From: Curvularia clavata
Taxonomy: Eukaryota
NCBI GenBank assembly: GCA_023920165.1
Contig: CP089275.1
Span: forward strand, 2,852,001 to 2,916,000
Direction: 5' to 3'
DNA length: 64,000 nucleotides
Numbering within the stretch: the first letter of the stretch is position 1; the number at the start of each line of letters is the position of its first letter. The notes beneath the pieces are model-generated. The model was not told where the DNA came from. It saw only the letters and a list, made by a program, of their open reading frames with translations, and did not search any database. Shown here in pieces: positions 36,016 to 48,023 of this stretch. The translations under genes were made by a program, and so were the position numbers.

Positions 36016-36991
36016 ATGAAGCGCGAAAAGGCGACTGCTACGGACCAGGATTGGCAGGATTGGCACAACAGCATCGACATTGAACGGGAGATTCTCGTGA
36101 TATACAAAGATGCTGTAGTGGACATGTTCAGTGCGAGTCCTCACATCCAATGGGACAACGTCGTTGAAAGGCTTCGGGACTTGGAGTCTCCACTCTCACT
36201 GTTCGACGGACACGAAGCGCTGCAAAAGCACGTTGAGACTACTAATATCAGGACAATACCAGCTATTGCACTGATTGCAGTCGCACTCAACAACCATGCA
36301 GTATTTCACAACCAGCCATGTAAGATTTGCCCAATCTTTTATTTCGTTGCTCACGCTAACATCCTGCATAGTCAAGTTTTGCTGGAGCAATGTCTCGCCC
36401 TCCTCAGGCGAAGAAAGCCTTTTCATGACATTTGGGGCGTGGTCGGCCAAAGAGACGGAAGACTGGAAATCTGCCAGTCCAGGATTTCGTGCAAAGTGGT
36501 GCACTGTGTGGGAGAGCGCGATCCGCCCTAGGTATGAAGCCGAGTTGTCCAAATGAGCTGCCGCTAACGAGATATGCAGCTCACGAGCAATGCGGATCCC
36601 TTATACGAGGAAAAAAACCATGGACTTCCTTCACAATACAGTCACCACAATGGACATTGGAAAGCTTACTTGGGCCGAAAGCTGTATTTCTAAACGCGGA
36701 CAAGTTCATCCTGGAGAGCTTGTCTTCATACCAGGATACAAGAACAATGCGCATAGGGGACAGTGCATGACGAGTGGGGACTTGCACGGAGTCCTGCGCG
36801 CGTATTTCCTAGAATCACGTTCCCACAAGTCATGGCATACCCTCAAGCTCCAAGCTCTCACAGCCATCCAAAACCAAAGGAGATCTGGCAAGCAGCATAC
36901 GGCGACGTTTTGGAGGGATGTGAGGGACGTGGTAGCCGGATCAGAAAAGGTCTCGCCCATGGTGAAGAAGCCGGTGGATGATCAGTCCTAG
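36016..36991 (+). CDS. Hypothetical three-exon protein with a cupin/JmjC-like motif
   Basis: Canonical introns 36320-36371 and 36532-36579 join three ORFs in frame. Contains VHPGELVFIPGYKNNAH. Confidence 0.6.
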
Positions 36992-37114
36992 ACGCCTACA
37001 ACTTCCGCTTTGCGAGCTTCTTCTATGAAGCTTCGTCACGCTGCTCAACTCCACTCCTCTTCAAATCCTTGCGATGATCCTGATCCTGTATCTCCTTCTC
37101 GTCTACAAGTATAT

Positions 37115-37474
37115 CTACAGTAAATATAAGTATGACAAAGTCAAGTTCACTTGTACATGAAGCCTACCTCGAAATTTCTTAAGAGCATCAAGTAGCGCTT
37201 GGTCTTCCTGTTTCTCTGCGTTGAGACGGTCCAGGTATTGTTGCAAGGCTTCTTTGTCACAAGCGTCTTGGTCTTCCTCGTGTGTGTTGTCGTCCTTGTG
37301 CGTGTCGTCGTCTTCATGCATGTCGTCGTCGCTGTCTTCAATCACAATGTATTCAACTCTCTGAACCAGACCGCGTATCTGGTGTTGTGCGCGTTCGATA
37401 CGTTCGCCAAGGCCCTTCTGCCGCTGCTCAATATCACCAATGATGGGGCTAACGACCTTGTCCTGCACAGTCAC
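37115..37474 (-). CDS. Small acidic coiled-coil protein with three 6-aa repeats (DDDMHE/DDDTHK/DDNTHE)
   Basis: 119 aa ORF with 18-bp tandem repeats near 37275-37330. Probably spliced at the 3' end. Confidence 0.5.
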   Translation of the reverse strand: MTVQDKVVSPIIGDIEQRQKGLGERIERAQHQIRGLVQRVEYIVIEDSDDDMHEDDDTHKDDNTHEEDQDACDKEALQQYLDRLNAEKQEDQALLDALKKFRGRLHVQVNLTLSYLYLL

Positions 37475-37542
37475 TGCAATGGTGACAAAAGCAAAGTGCT
37501 TGTCGTCCGTCTCGCTCGTGAGTCTAGCCCTGTTCTGGCTCT

Positions 37543-38049
37543 CTATATACAGTTAGAATGTGCGCTAAATTCATAATACAAAACAAAAAAACTCGTGTCA
37601 AAGTACCCACCAGTTAGGCACTCTTGCCCGGCTACCACACGGTAGATCTCATTCGCCGCTTCCAACATTCTGATTGGCATTGGTCGCAAGGCTTCGACGC
37701 AAACCATCCAATGTTCTCGGAGGTTGTAGCGATCCACTATAAGTGGGTTTGGGTCCGGTTGCTCTAGCCTCTCCATACGGTCAATCTTCTCATCATGCTC
37801 AGTGTACTGGGCGTCTGTCCATAGCAACTTCCGTGCGAGGCTCAACCATGGCTCGCTACCTTCGACGCCTGGAATGAGTCCTGGGATCACATCTTGAAAC
37901 TATCTCCTATATTAGTCATTAACAAACAAAGCATAGAAGCTGCTTACCCATGCTAGTTCTTTGCCTTCTTTGATATGCCGTTTGAGTCTGGCCATGATCT
38001 CGCCAACATCTTCCTCACCTCTGAGGTAATCGAAGAGCTCCACGTCCAT
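37543..38049 (-). CDS. Hypothetical two-exon protein, last gene of the island
   Basis: ATG at 38049 (MDVELFDYLRG...). A GTAAGC...ACTAAT...TAG intron at about 37900-37947 joins to ORF 37543-37890. Confidence 0.45.
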
Positions 38050-38229
38050 TCTTCAGAATCGTTGTATGTGTATGGCATAATGCAATCATTTAGGAGAGTG
38101 TACATAGACCTAAGGTGGGTGAATGGATACTCCCTGGAGCAAACTTGGCCTTTCCCAAACAAGATTGGCGTGGCATCACGTGATTGTCATTGCATGTGCA
38201 TGGTAGGTGAATGTTTCACCCGACTTTGT

Positions 38230-38304
38230 ACCCACGCCCATTTCTGGAGTAGAGATCTAAGCAGGGCTTAAATCTACCGCCTTAGACCACTCGGCCATGT
38301 TGCC
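38230..38304 (-). pseudogene. tRNA-Leu(UAA) 5' fragment truncated in the T-loop; right border of the island
   Basis: GGCAACA TGGCCGAGTGGTCTAAGGCG GTAGA TTTAAG [CCCTGCTTAGAT] CTCTAC TCCAGAAATGGGC GTGGG T, then unrelated sequence. No TCGA, 3' T-stem or acceptor strand follows. Confidence 0.9.
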
Positions 38305-39002
38305 TGGAAAGATTATCAATTTTTTCACAATTTTAAAATTATATGGCATGTTGTGAAATTTGAACGTAACATCGACGGGCGGCCTAGTCAGAAAGAGAGT
38401 AAAAAGAATGTGGGAATGGGTGGTGGTAATGCGGGGTAGAACATGGGAAGTGTGGGGCTGAGTCGTGGATTTAGGCTGAGTGCGGTTGGACAACTGAACT
38501 CGTCCGTGACGAAGTATGTATGGCAGCAGTCATGGAATTCTTTTAGTTAATTCCACATATCATGCTCTATCGCTTAGGTCATTTCCATCCATATAGATTA
38601 TGGGTGGTATGGGACATAGCATTTCGAAAAAATCACTGACTTTCGCTGCTTGGTGCAGACACTCAACATCACTTTCCAGCAGTCCCACCCCATTATTTAC
38701 AAGCGTCAGTATGCTCTGTCCATGAAACAATACTTGATTAACCAATGAGACCCACAGTATTAGATCCGCTACATCTGCTTCGGAGACACCTCCCTCAGTC
38801 ACGACTAACCAGCACAAGAAAAACCCTCTCATAGTCTCCCAAATGACTTAAGCAGAGTATCATTATTTTCCAACAAAAGTTTTTCATTTTCTTTTCTTCA
38901 AATATACAGAAAAATATCCACTATGTACAAATTCCCAACTTCCCCATCAAAGTCCCGCTTTCATTACAAATAATACAATCCCCTACATGTTCAAAAGGAG
39001 AT

Positions 39003-39640
39003 CTAGGCAATCCAACGCTTTGTTTGAGCGCCAGACATGGCCTGTTTAGCGGCAGCCGCGTCGTCGGGGTTGTTAGCTTCAAGGGCAGCCAGGATGCTGT
39101 TGAGGTCATCCTGGCGCTTGGTGGTGGATGAAGAAGACATTGCTTGCTTTGCAGCAGCGGCATCGTCGGGGTTGTTGGCCTCGAGGGCGGCGAGGATGCT
39201 GTTCAGGTCGTCCTGACGCTTAGTCACTGTCGAAGCTCCAGAGCCAGACATGGCTTGCTTAGCAGCAGCCGCGTCGTCAGGGCTGTTAGCCTCAAGGGCT
39301 GCAAGAATGCTATTCAGGTCGTCCTGGCGCTTGGTGGTGGATGAAGAAGACATTGCTTGCTTTGCAGCAGCGGCATCGTCGGGGTTGTTGGCCTCCAGAG
39401 CAGCAAGAATGCTGCTCAAGTCGTCTTGGCGACGAAGCTTGACCTTCATAGCAGCAGCGGCGGCCTCTGCGTCCTCGGGGTTGTTCTCACGGAGGGCCTC
39501 GAGGATGCTAGCGACGTCGTCTTGAGGAGCTGTTGGATATCAGACACTGCTATACTGAACATCCTGCTCAAAAACCTACCTGCCGAAGCAAAGACTGCGC
39601 TCGAAAACGCCACAACAGTGAAGAAAGCTGTGTAACGCAT
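39003..39640 (-). CDS. Secreted kexin-processed repeat-peptide precursor (KEP-like)
   Basis: Signal peptide, intron 39530-39579, then five repeats of QDDL(N/S)SILAALEAN(N/S)PDDAAAAKQAMS (the first divergent) separated by RR/KR. Confidence 0.88.
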
Positions 39641-41243
39641 GATTGCTACTGGATATTATCAGAGCTATGAGAGAGAGAGAAGAAAAGATATGGACAGAGA
39701 AAGAAAGTGACCGGCACAGAAACTGAGGATGAATTGATGAAATGTAGACCGCTCGACCTTAGGACGACGACTGCAGCGCTCTAAATACTACATGCCAACG
39801 TCGACTGTATCAGCAAGACAAATTGACGACGAAGCTTTTTGCGGCGCACAATGTTGAAGCTTGTCTCGAAACCCTAACATTAGTTTCACGGTACCGCCAC
39901 ATCCGAACACGACCATGACGTCTTCAGAAGAGCCAAATGCATCAATTGTTCCGTACTGTGCAAGGAGTGTTATGCTTGTTTGGTTTCTGATTGTCGGGTT
40001 GGGGGAGCGTATAGTCGTGTTGCTTGTTTCGGGTATAGCTTCACCATCTGCTCAAACGTACGTCTGAAACATTGCGCCCTCAGCCTCCCCACTTGCACTT
40101 GCATCACGTCCTGCCCATTCAGTGGTCGTGTAGTGCATCGCAGCGACCCAAGTATACATGTTTCCGACATGACCTGCCTCAATGTTGCATGATGTGTGCC
40201 GATGTGCCCGCAGATGGTCACAGCCCCAAAGCTCTCTGGTTGCTGCAGCGTGATGCAGTCGTATAGAGCAGCATTCTTTCCTTCCACATGATGATGAAAT
40301 ATAGCGGTCGTGTGTCGGAGATGTAAGCTCGTCAAGAGGAGTCGCGTACGGCTTCGGTTTATGCTCGAGCAGATCTATGCTACGAACAACGTCAGGTAGA
40401 TTGTATCAATGACGGTCGAGTCATTTAAAAGCAACCTGGAAAGAAGTTAGCGAGTCCCAGGAATATTGGTATTGATTGCGTACCTATAAAGAGAGTCGTA
40501 CGAGGCTACAAGTTCGTATCAATGTAAGGGCGAGTACGACAACTGCGAAGCTCTCAAAGCACACCACTTCTCACCTATCGATCATCGTATACATTGGTCA
40601 GGGACTATGCACTATCAGGAACGCAAAGGCCCTGCCGTAAGCTCCGGCCATGGTCGAGCTCCAGCTGGTCGTCCTAGTGCGGGCAACAGAAGCTGCCGCG
40701 GGGCTCAAAGCATGCAATTGACCTTCCCCATGGCACGGCAATAAGAAAACACCCAAGGGCTATGGGAAGAACAAATGTCAGAAGCGCTATAAGCCAAGAA
40801 AGATGGGGAAACACGGGTTCGGGGTCGTCGCACACAAGCGGAGGTTGGGCAAAAAGCTTGGCACAAACAGGTTCCATCATCGGAACGCTCAAGCAGCGGT
40901 AGCTTATCACGGAACGAGGCACGGTCGTCAGGCTGCGTTGGCCTGTAGTCTGGGGATCCAATTGGGTTCATTGAGCTTAACATGATTCATCCGCACGTCT
41001 CATTACCGTAGCTAAGAGCTTCCGCACGCATGCGTGTATAAGGAAAGCGAGCCTTGTGGTAGCTTGCTCTTCAGATTGCTCTCTAAAGTACATGTTTTAC
41101 ACAATCTGACCGGCCACTAGAGTAGGAAAAGAGGTAGTAGTCGTCCCTATGCACACCCATCCGCAAGAAAACTTTTCCAATTGCGGCACCCTCCATACCG
41201 TTGACCCCAAATGTCCGGCAGTCGATGCAATCAATGCACCCAT

Positions 41244-41732
<489 letters not shown>

Positions 41733-43013
41733 GGTGATGGTGTTGACGGGCGGAGTGGAGATAAGTTGGAGATGAATTGGTCCTTCAATGGATGGGGAGT
41801 GGTGGGAGGAGGATGGAGGAGGTGGATGCAAAAACTCGCTGAAGGGTTGATTAGCTGCCAAGAGTCCGTGCGGGAGCTCACATCGGGTTAGCGCTGCCCG
41901 TTTCCTCCCGAGTACGCATCAACTTGGAGCCGTCTGGAGTGCTGTGGGAGGTATTCTTGCCTTAAAAATGATGGAGAGAGAGATAGCCCTTGATACAGTA
42001 CAGAGTTTAATCGTGGCTTCGTGCAGTCTTCCGGGTGGCCCGCATTGCGATTGCACTCGAGGGACCTCTTCCCAACAACCGAGCAGACCAACACCACTGC
42101 AGTCATCACACTGCGTTGCGGGGATCATGTAGTGTTGCTTGAGATTAATACTCTAGTGACATCTGATTAGAGAAATGCAGTGTCCTTACAATTATCTACC
42201 TTTGCTTTATCAAAACACCACAATGGCATCTTGCATGTCGGAGGGGCTTACCCGAGCCTAGGTACGTTTGACTTTGTAACGTAGATAACACTACTGCACT
42301 TTTAATCAACCCTATAACTGGTGTCCAATAACTGTCAGCCAGATGAACCAACACATGGCAAGTTGACTGGGTTTTGCTATGGGTATCTGTCCCAGTGATG
42401 GACAAATCGTGTTGAACCAAGAACAGAAATCAAGGCCTACTGGCTTTGGAGTGATACGAACAGCACCTATATCAAAGCTGCTAGACCAGAAGATATCGCT
42501 TGAACAAGATTTCGCTTTGTCTCACCCTTCTTAACAGAAATAGCCAGACCACTCTTACATTCTCACAGGCATAACTACATCACACTGCACACAAACCAGA
42601 CCACATTGCTTGATACTTCGTATCCCATTGAGCTGAATAACTGAACCGACAACAAGACTTTTGATAAACACAGACCTGTATCCTTCGTCTCTACCCCGCC
42701 CCATCCATTCCAAACCCTCTAACCCATACAGCCGTGCAGTCATACGGCTCACCTCATCAACACTTGGTATCGAAACAGAAAAAGACAACAATTACAATAC
42801 AGTCACCACCATGAACGCTGGCGACAAGAATAGTATTCAGACATTACACGGTCTTGCAGACCAAGTCGAGCAAGCGTCGACACTTTGCTCTGGTGGGAAG
42901 CAAGCTGGCATGGGACGAGTGCTACCTCGACCCCGCACACCAAACCTTTTCCCGCATGCATGGAACAGTCGTTAAATAATAAAAGAAAATGCCTCGTCAC
43001 AAGAGTCGGAAGC

Positions 43014-44391
43014 TTAGTCTACCATGGCGCTGATGGGCGTGCCCGCGCGGCTCTCGTCCACGAATTCGCTCATCTTCATCCTCTTGTGTCTTGGGCTCTC
43101 GTTTTCAATCTCTTCGAGTCGCCTCTTGAGCTCAGCCTCTCGTTGTTTGACCTCCTCGAGCTCCTTCCTGAGTGTCGACTCAGTCTGCCGCGCCGACTGC
43201 TCGCTCTGTTCGAGCTCGCTGACGCGGTTGCGGAAGAGATCGTTGATGAGCTCCATCTCGGAAACACGAGTCTTGAGTGCGGTGTTTTGTGCCGCAAGCG
43301 TCTCGTATGGTAGAGGAGCTTCGAGGTGTGAGCCGTTGACTGATGACGTAGCAGGCGAAGGAGCCCGGAGACCGAAACCGGGAAGCGAGGGCGAGTGAAA
43401 GTCGCCGTGCAGAGCCTGCTCAAACATGTGCTGGGGTGCAATGTTGGAGGGGTGATTGAAGTTCGGGGTGCCGGTACGCGAGATGGGCGATTGCGAACGA
43501 TCAGATAGGCCAGAGGAGATTTTTCCAGAAGCACGACGGTGCTGGGCGAGGGCTAGCTGGCCGTCTGCATCGGGATGCGCTGCAGGAAGACCGCCTTGAT
43601 CACTTGTCTGTGGAAAAAAAATAATTAGTGGGTGCAATCACAAGAACTCGGTGGCCATCATACCCTCTTGCGTCCACCTGGTCCACCTGTCTTGACGCGG
43701 TTGCGGCTCTTGATGACATCGGTCTTGAGAGAGATGGGGCGTGGACGGCCGTGCAGCTTCAAGAAGAGACCGCAGGCATTGCAGAGAACAGCACCCGTCT
43801 CATCGCGGCGCCACAGCGGCGTGGTGCTCGTAGAGCAGTTCTGGCAGACGGGCTAATGAAGGTCAGTAGGAGCAGCTTCATCATCGATACGTAGTGGCTA
43901 TCGATTAGATAAGAGACAAAATTGGAGCGCGATAGAGCAGCATGCCCTTGCGGCAGAACAACAACGAGCGAGGATGCAGAACGTACCGGAGAGCCAGCCT
44001 GTCCACCAGCAGTTGCGGGCGCAGAGGTTGCATAAGTCATGCTGAGGCCATTCGAGGGTTTACTGGATGCCATGTTAGTGGGCCGCAGGAAAAGTTGAGG
44101 TGCGGCACTTCGCCAAGCCTTTTGCGATAAGGCAGCCTTGAAAGGTACGGCGGGCCGCAGGTACCGCCGACGCAAAGCCCTGCTCTGGCGCCATCCGTAC
44201 CCTCCGGGGTTTGCAACGTACCTTGGTGGGGATGGCATCTTCTTCTCGGGCGTTTCTTTGCTCATATGGTCATTATTTTCATTACTGTTGTTGGCGGTGG
44301 GGCCATTGGATGCGGCAGAGGCTAGCGTAGCGAGCGAGGGCAGCTGGATCGAGGCATTGCTGCCATTGCGCTGCTGCGTGTGAGAAGCCAC
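43014..44391 (-). CDS. areB: GATA zinc-finger/leucine-zipper transcription factor (AreB/Asd4 family)
   Basis: Spliced [50 protein letters not shown], with a C-terminal zipper [23 protein letters not shown]. Probable GTG start at 44391; alternative ATG at about 44040. Confidence 0.9.
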
Positions 44392-45603
44392 GGTCGAGCT
44401 GGACGAGGGCCGAGATATGTCGTGGCCGATGGATGGCAGCTTGTCCTCGAGCTTGGCTGGCGACGGCGTCTTGAAGGCGGGCAGGTCAAAAACCTGCAGG
44501 ATCGAGGGTCTGCGGAACGAGTCGTCGACCTGGGGCCGAGGGAGGATTGCGGTAGCCAGTGCGGAAGCCGTGATGAAGTATTAAGATCGAGAAACGCGTG
44601 GCGCTTCTCGAAGTGAATGTCGAGTGGACTGGAAGAAAGCCTTGTGTACCGGACGGACGGACAAGCAGGCTTTGGAGATGGGCCTCCAAAGAAAACGCGG
44701 GCAAGAAAGCAAAGCTGAAAAGACTGTGGTGGTATTAATTAAGTGAGCGACGGTAAAGAGTGACGGGCGCAATAGCGACGGCTGCAGACTGGGAGTAGTA
44801 AAGGAGAGTGAGAGCGAGCAGACGTCGGTTAAGAATTGAGCAGTCAGGTCCACGATACATTTCTCTGCACGCGTCTGTGGATAAGGGGCCGTGGCCCGTA
44901 TCGCTGCAAGGGGTTGCTATCGATATCCACCCATCTTAATTTAACTAATCTAACCACCTGCATGACCTCAGAACTGCTGTCCCGAAGCGCCCCTCCACGC
45001 TCCTTTGAGCTGGCTCGGTCGTCACTCGTCGTACGATGCTCGTCGTTCGCCGTCTGGCACGAAAGGACCCCATTCACCGGGCCCGTTGCCACAAGCAAAG
45101 GGTGGCACAGTGCACAGTGTCAGCCTCTTCAACGGCGTTCGCGGCCGCCGGGGGATGCTCTGACGAACAGTTGTCTTGTCCCTGTCCCTGAAACGAAACA
45201 TCTAGGCGCGTCGTGGTTCGCGCCCGCATATCAATACATGGCACTATGGCGCTCATGCCAGTGCCCCTGAGCGCTAGCCCTACAACGGCAGCATGGTCTG
45301 TGCACAAGCCTCGCGCTACACCTCGTGCTAGACCAATCACGTCCGGCTCATCTCCAATCTGTGGCTAACGCCCAAACTGAGGGTGCGCGCTGGCGAGCAA
45401 GCCCGTGGATCCCTCTGAATCTGGAGTAAAGACCCGCCCCAGGTGTTGTCTTCAGGCAGCGATTGGCATTCACAGTGGCTTGAACTATCGTATTGTCGAC
45501 GACGCTCGACGCATCACGAGCTCTTGATCCGCAAACTGGCTTCGCGCCACGAACGGCGATCTCCAGGCACCAACCCCTGCCCTGGCTGCATGCTGACTGC
45601 TCA

Positions 45604-47574
45604 CTATCTACCAAACGAGAACCACCCCTTCTTGGCTTGCGGCTTCTCCTCCTTCTTCTCTTCCACCGCTGCCTTTGGCGGCTCGGCCTGCTGTGCTTGT
45701 GCTACGCGTCCGGGGTACTCGATGTAGTTCCACGCCACGTCCAGGAACAGCGGCTTCACAGGCACCGGCTTCAGCTTCGGAGGCCATGTCACCAGGTTCT
45801 TCAGGTCGACTGAACCCGACGATGGATATTCATTAAGCCTCTCCACAACAGGCGCCGCATTGGCTAGTCCAGCCTTGGAAGCTGTCTCGGAATTGGCAAA
45901 CAATTGCGACAGCGCTACCACACCCCGGTAGTGCGAGTTAAGGTTTTCCAAGTTTGTCCTCAGGATTTGGGCCTGCTCCCCGGTGACTTCTAATTTCGGT
46001 GCTTTGGTGGCAGAAACCGATTCAGAGCGCGGGGCAGACGCAGCTTGTGATGCCAAGGCTAGTGCTCGGCTGCAGAGCGCCAGTGCTTGTTTGGGTGTCG
46101 ACAAGAAAGCATACGCGTGCGACAAGTTGAGGCACTTTAGTGCCTGAAAGTATGCCCGCTGTCCGTCGAGCTCAGCAATAAAATCGCCGTCACGAGCAGC
46201 ACCTCGGAGCTCCTTTACAGAGTCGATACTCTGCAGAATGGCATCGTACAAGGCGGTCCGCTCTCGTAACCGTGCCAGCTTGCGGCCAGTGGGCTCTTCA
46301 CGCTCCGTCCACTCTTTGCCATCTTTGCGTTGCCGTCTTGGTTTTTGTGGAGGATTTGCTGGAAACATAAGGCCATCGTCTTTTCCAATGAGTACCCTGT
46401 TGCGCCCCACCCTCCACGATATCAGGTCATAGTTGACAGCGAGATTTGTCACACGGAGATCCTGCATACGGGAATCGCCCTCATCCACACCTTCCTTCTC
46501 CAGCTCCTCGATTGCACTTCGCGTCGCATCCACGGCATCTTGACTCGCGATGAGAATGTCGTCGTATGCGTTGGCTCGGTCTTTGGGTGACGAAGAAGAA
46601 GACATGGTCTCATCCAGCGCAAGAGAGGCTGTGTCGGCCGATGCCAACGCCTGCCCAATAGCGGCATCGACCACATTGGCGGTTCGACCGCGCCAGGTTA
46701 TCTGTGAATCTGCTTTCTGGTTAGGGGACCCCTCGATAATGCCGGTGAACTACACTTACGAGACGATGCTGCATCATCTTCCTCCAAAGCTGTACCGTCC
46801 AACTTTTGCACAGCCTGAACCAGACTTGAATCATCCTTGGGAAAGTACTTGATTGCAACGGCGGGAACGCCCACGGTGCGCGGAATACGGCTTTGATAGG
46901 CTGCATAGCGGATGCTTGGATCGGTCGTTCCCGCCAACACTTCTTTGAACAAATCCTTCTTCGTAGCCTTCAGCAAGGAGCTGTAGATTACTCGTGCCGC
47001 AGAATAGTTCTTCAAACACAGTGCCCAGCGTTCCGGTGATGCGTTCTTGCTCTTGGTGCCCTCAGCTTGCTTCTCGAATTCCTGTGCTCCCGCCATGGCG
47101 TAAGCATACGCCCTTGCTTCTAGGACATCAGTGTCCGACGCCCCGCTTGCGCCAGTGTCCGAGACAAGTTCCACAACCTGATTTGCGTATACGACAGCCT
47201 TGTGTAGGCGCGAGATGATGTGCTTGCGGGTAGATCCGGTGATGTTCTTGTCGGCATTGTCTTCCGAGTGCGAGGCCTTCATGGCCATTGCTTGTGCCCA
47301 TGCGCGCTCAGAGTTTAGCAAGAGGAGGTGGAGGGCCCTGGCCTGGTCAGCGCTTAATTAAGCATTCTTGAGATGTCTCGTACTCGCTATTCTTTTGGAT
47401 ATCCTCCGTCGTCACCGGGGCCTTTGCAGCATATTTGGCATTCTTGGGGGTTGCCCGCCCGAGCTTCTTGTTCACGATGCGGAGACGTCGCGCCAATTGA
47501 TCGCGATATGTGTTGTAGTCGCCGATGAGAAAGGCCGCCTCGCGATAGCCGGTCACGAACTTTGTGATATCCAT
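45604..47574 (-). CDS. SRP68: Signal recognition particle subunit SRP68
   Basis: MDIT...GDYNTYR N-terminus, SERAWAQAM, PVPVKPLFLDVAWNYI and C-terminal KKGWFSFGR. Two introns near 47340-47380 and 46700-46760. Confidence 0.92.
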
Positions 47575-48023
47575 GGCCGCGTCGTTGGTAAGGGATGGTG
47601 CCGTAGTTGTGGGGATGCGGCTCATGTGGAGGGGTATCAATTGGCGAGTTGTCCATCAGCCTTGCCAAGCCAATCGGAAACTCAGGTGATGGCGCGCCGT
47701 AAACTTTTCGACATATCATAGACATCTGGCCGCCATCGCCACGCGCCTGTTCGCTTTTCCCTTTATATGGTTCTGTACTGTAGCCTCTCGCACTGTCCCG
47801 GCTTACTCTTCCTTCAATCGCTGTTGCTGTCCGGTTCTGCGATTTTTTCCCTTCATAGTTGCCGTCACTCAGTTTCCGAAGGCATGCACAATTGTGAGCA
47901 AACTCCGACAACCCATGCCATCTGTCTCCGCACCGGAAAAACCTGACAGGACTAGCATATAAGATCTTCCAGGTTTCTCGGTAATTTTTGCTGGCATCGT
48001 CTGCGCTCCCACAGGCCCAGGTG

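Larger units (their letters stand above)
18373..38229. mobile_element. ~19.9 kb accessory island inserted in the T-loop of a tRNA-Leu(UAA) gene; putative homing/integrative element
   Basis: Bordered by a 5' tRNA fragment ending ...GTGGGT (38230) and a 3' tRNA fragment starting TTCGAAT (18372), both on the minus strand. It contains only orphan or divergent genes plus an intact replacement tRNA, and is flanked by conserved host genes. No TIR, clear TSD or recognisable transposase. Confidence 0.7.

Noticed and set aside
18373..38229. Island as a Starship
   Set aside because: No DUF3435 tyrosine-recombinase captain is recognisable at either end and there is no TTAC-type direct repeat at the tRNA breakpoints. 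A captainless derivative cannot be excluded without an HMM search.
18373..38229. Island as a Helitron or TIR transposon
   Set aside because: The left end has A|TC and the right end has a hairpin, but there is no CTRR terminus, no Rep/helicase or DDE ORF, and the two ends are not inverted repeats.
39010..39520. Regular ~100-bp repeats as a CRISPR array or satellite
   Set aside because: They are coding repeats of the secreted peptide precursor, in a eukaryotic context with no unique spacers.
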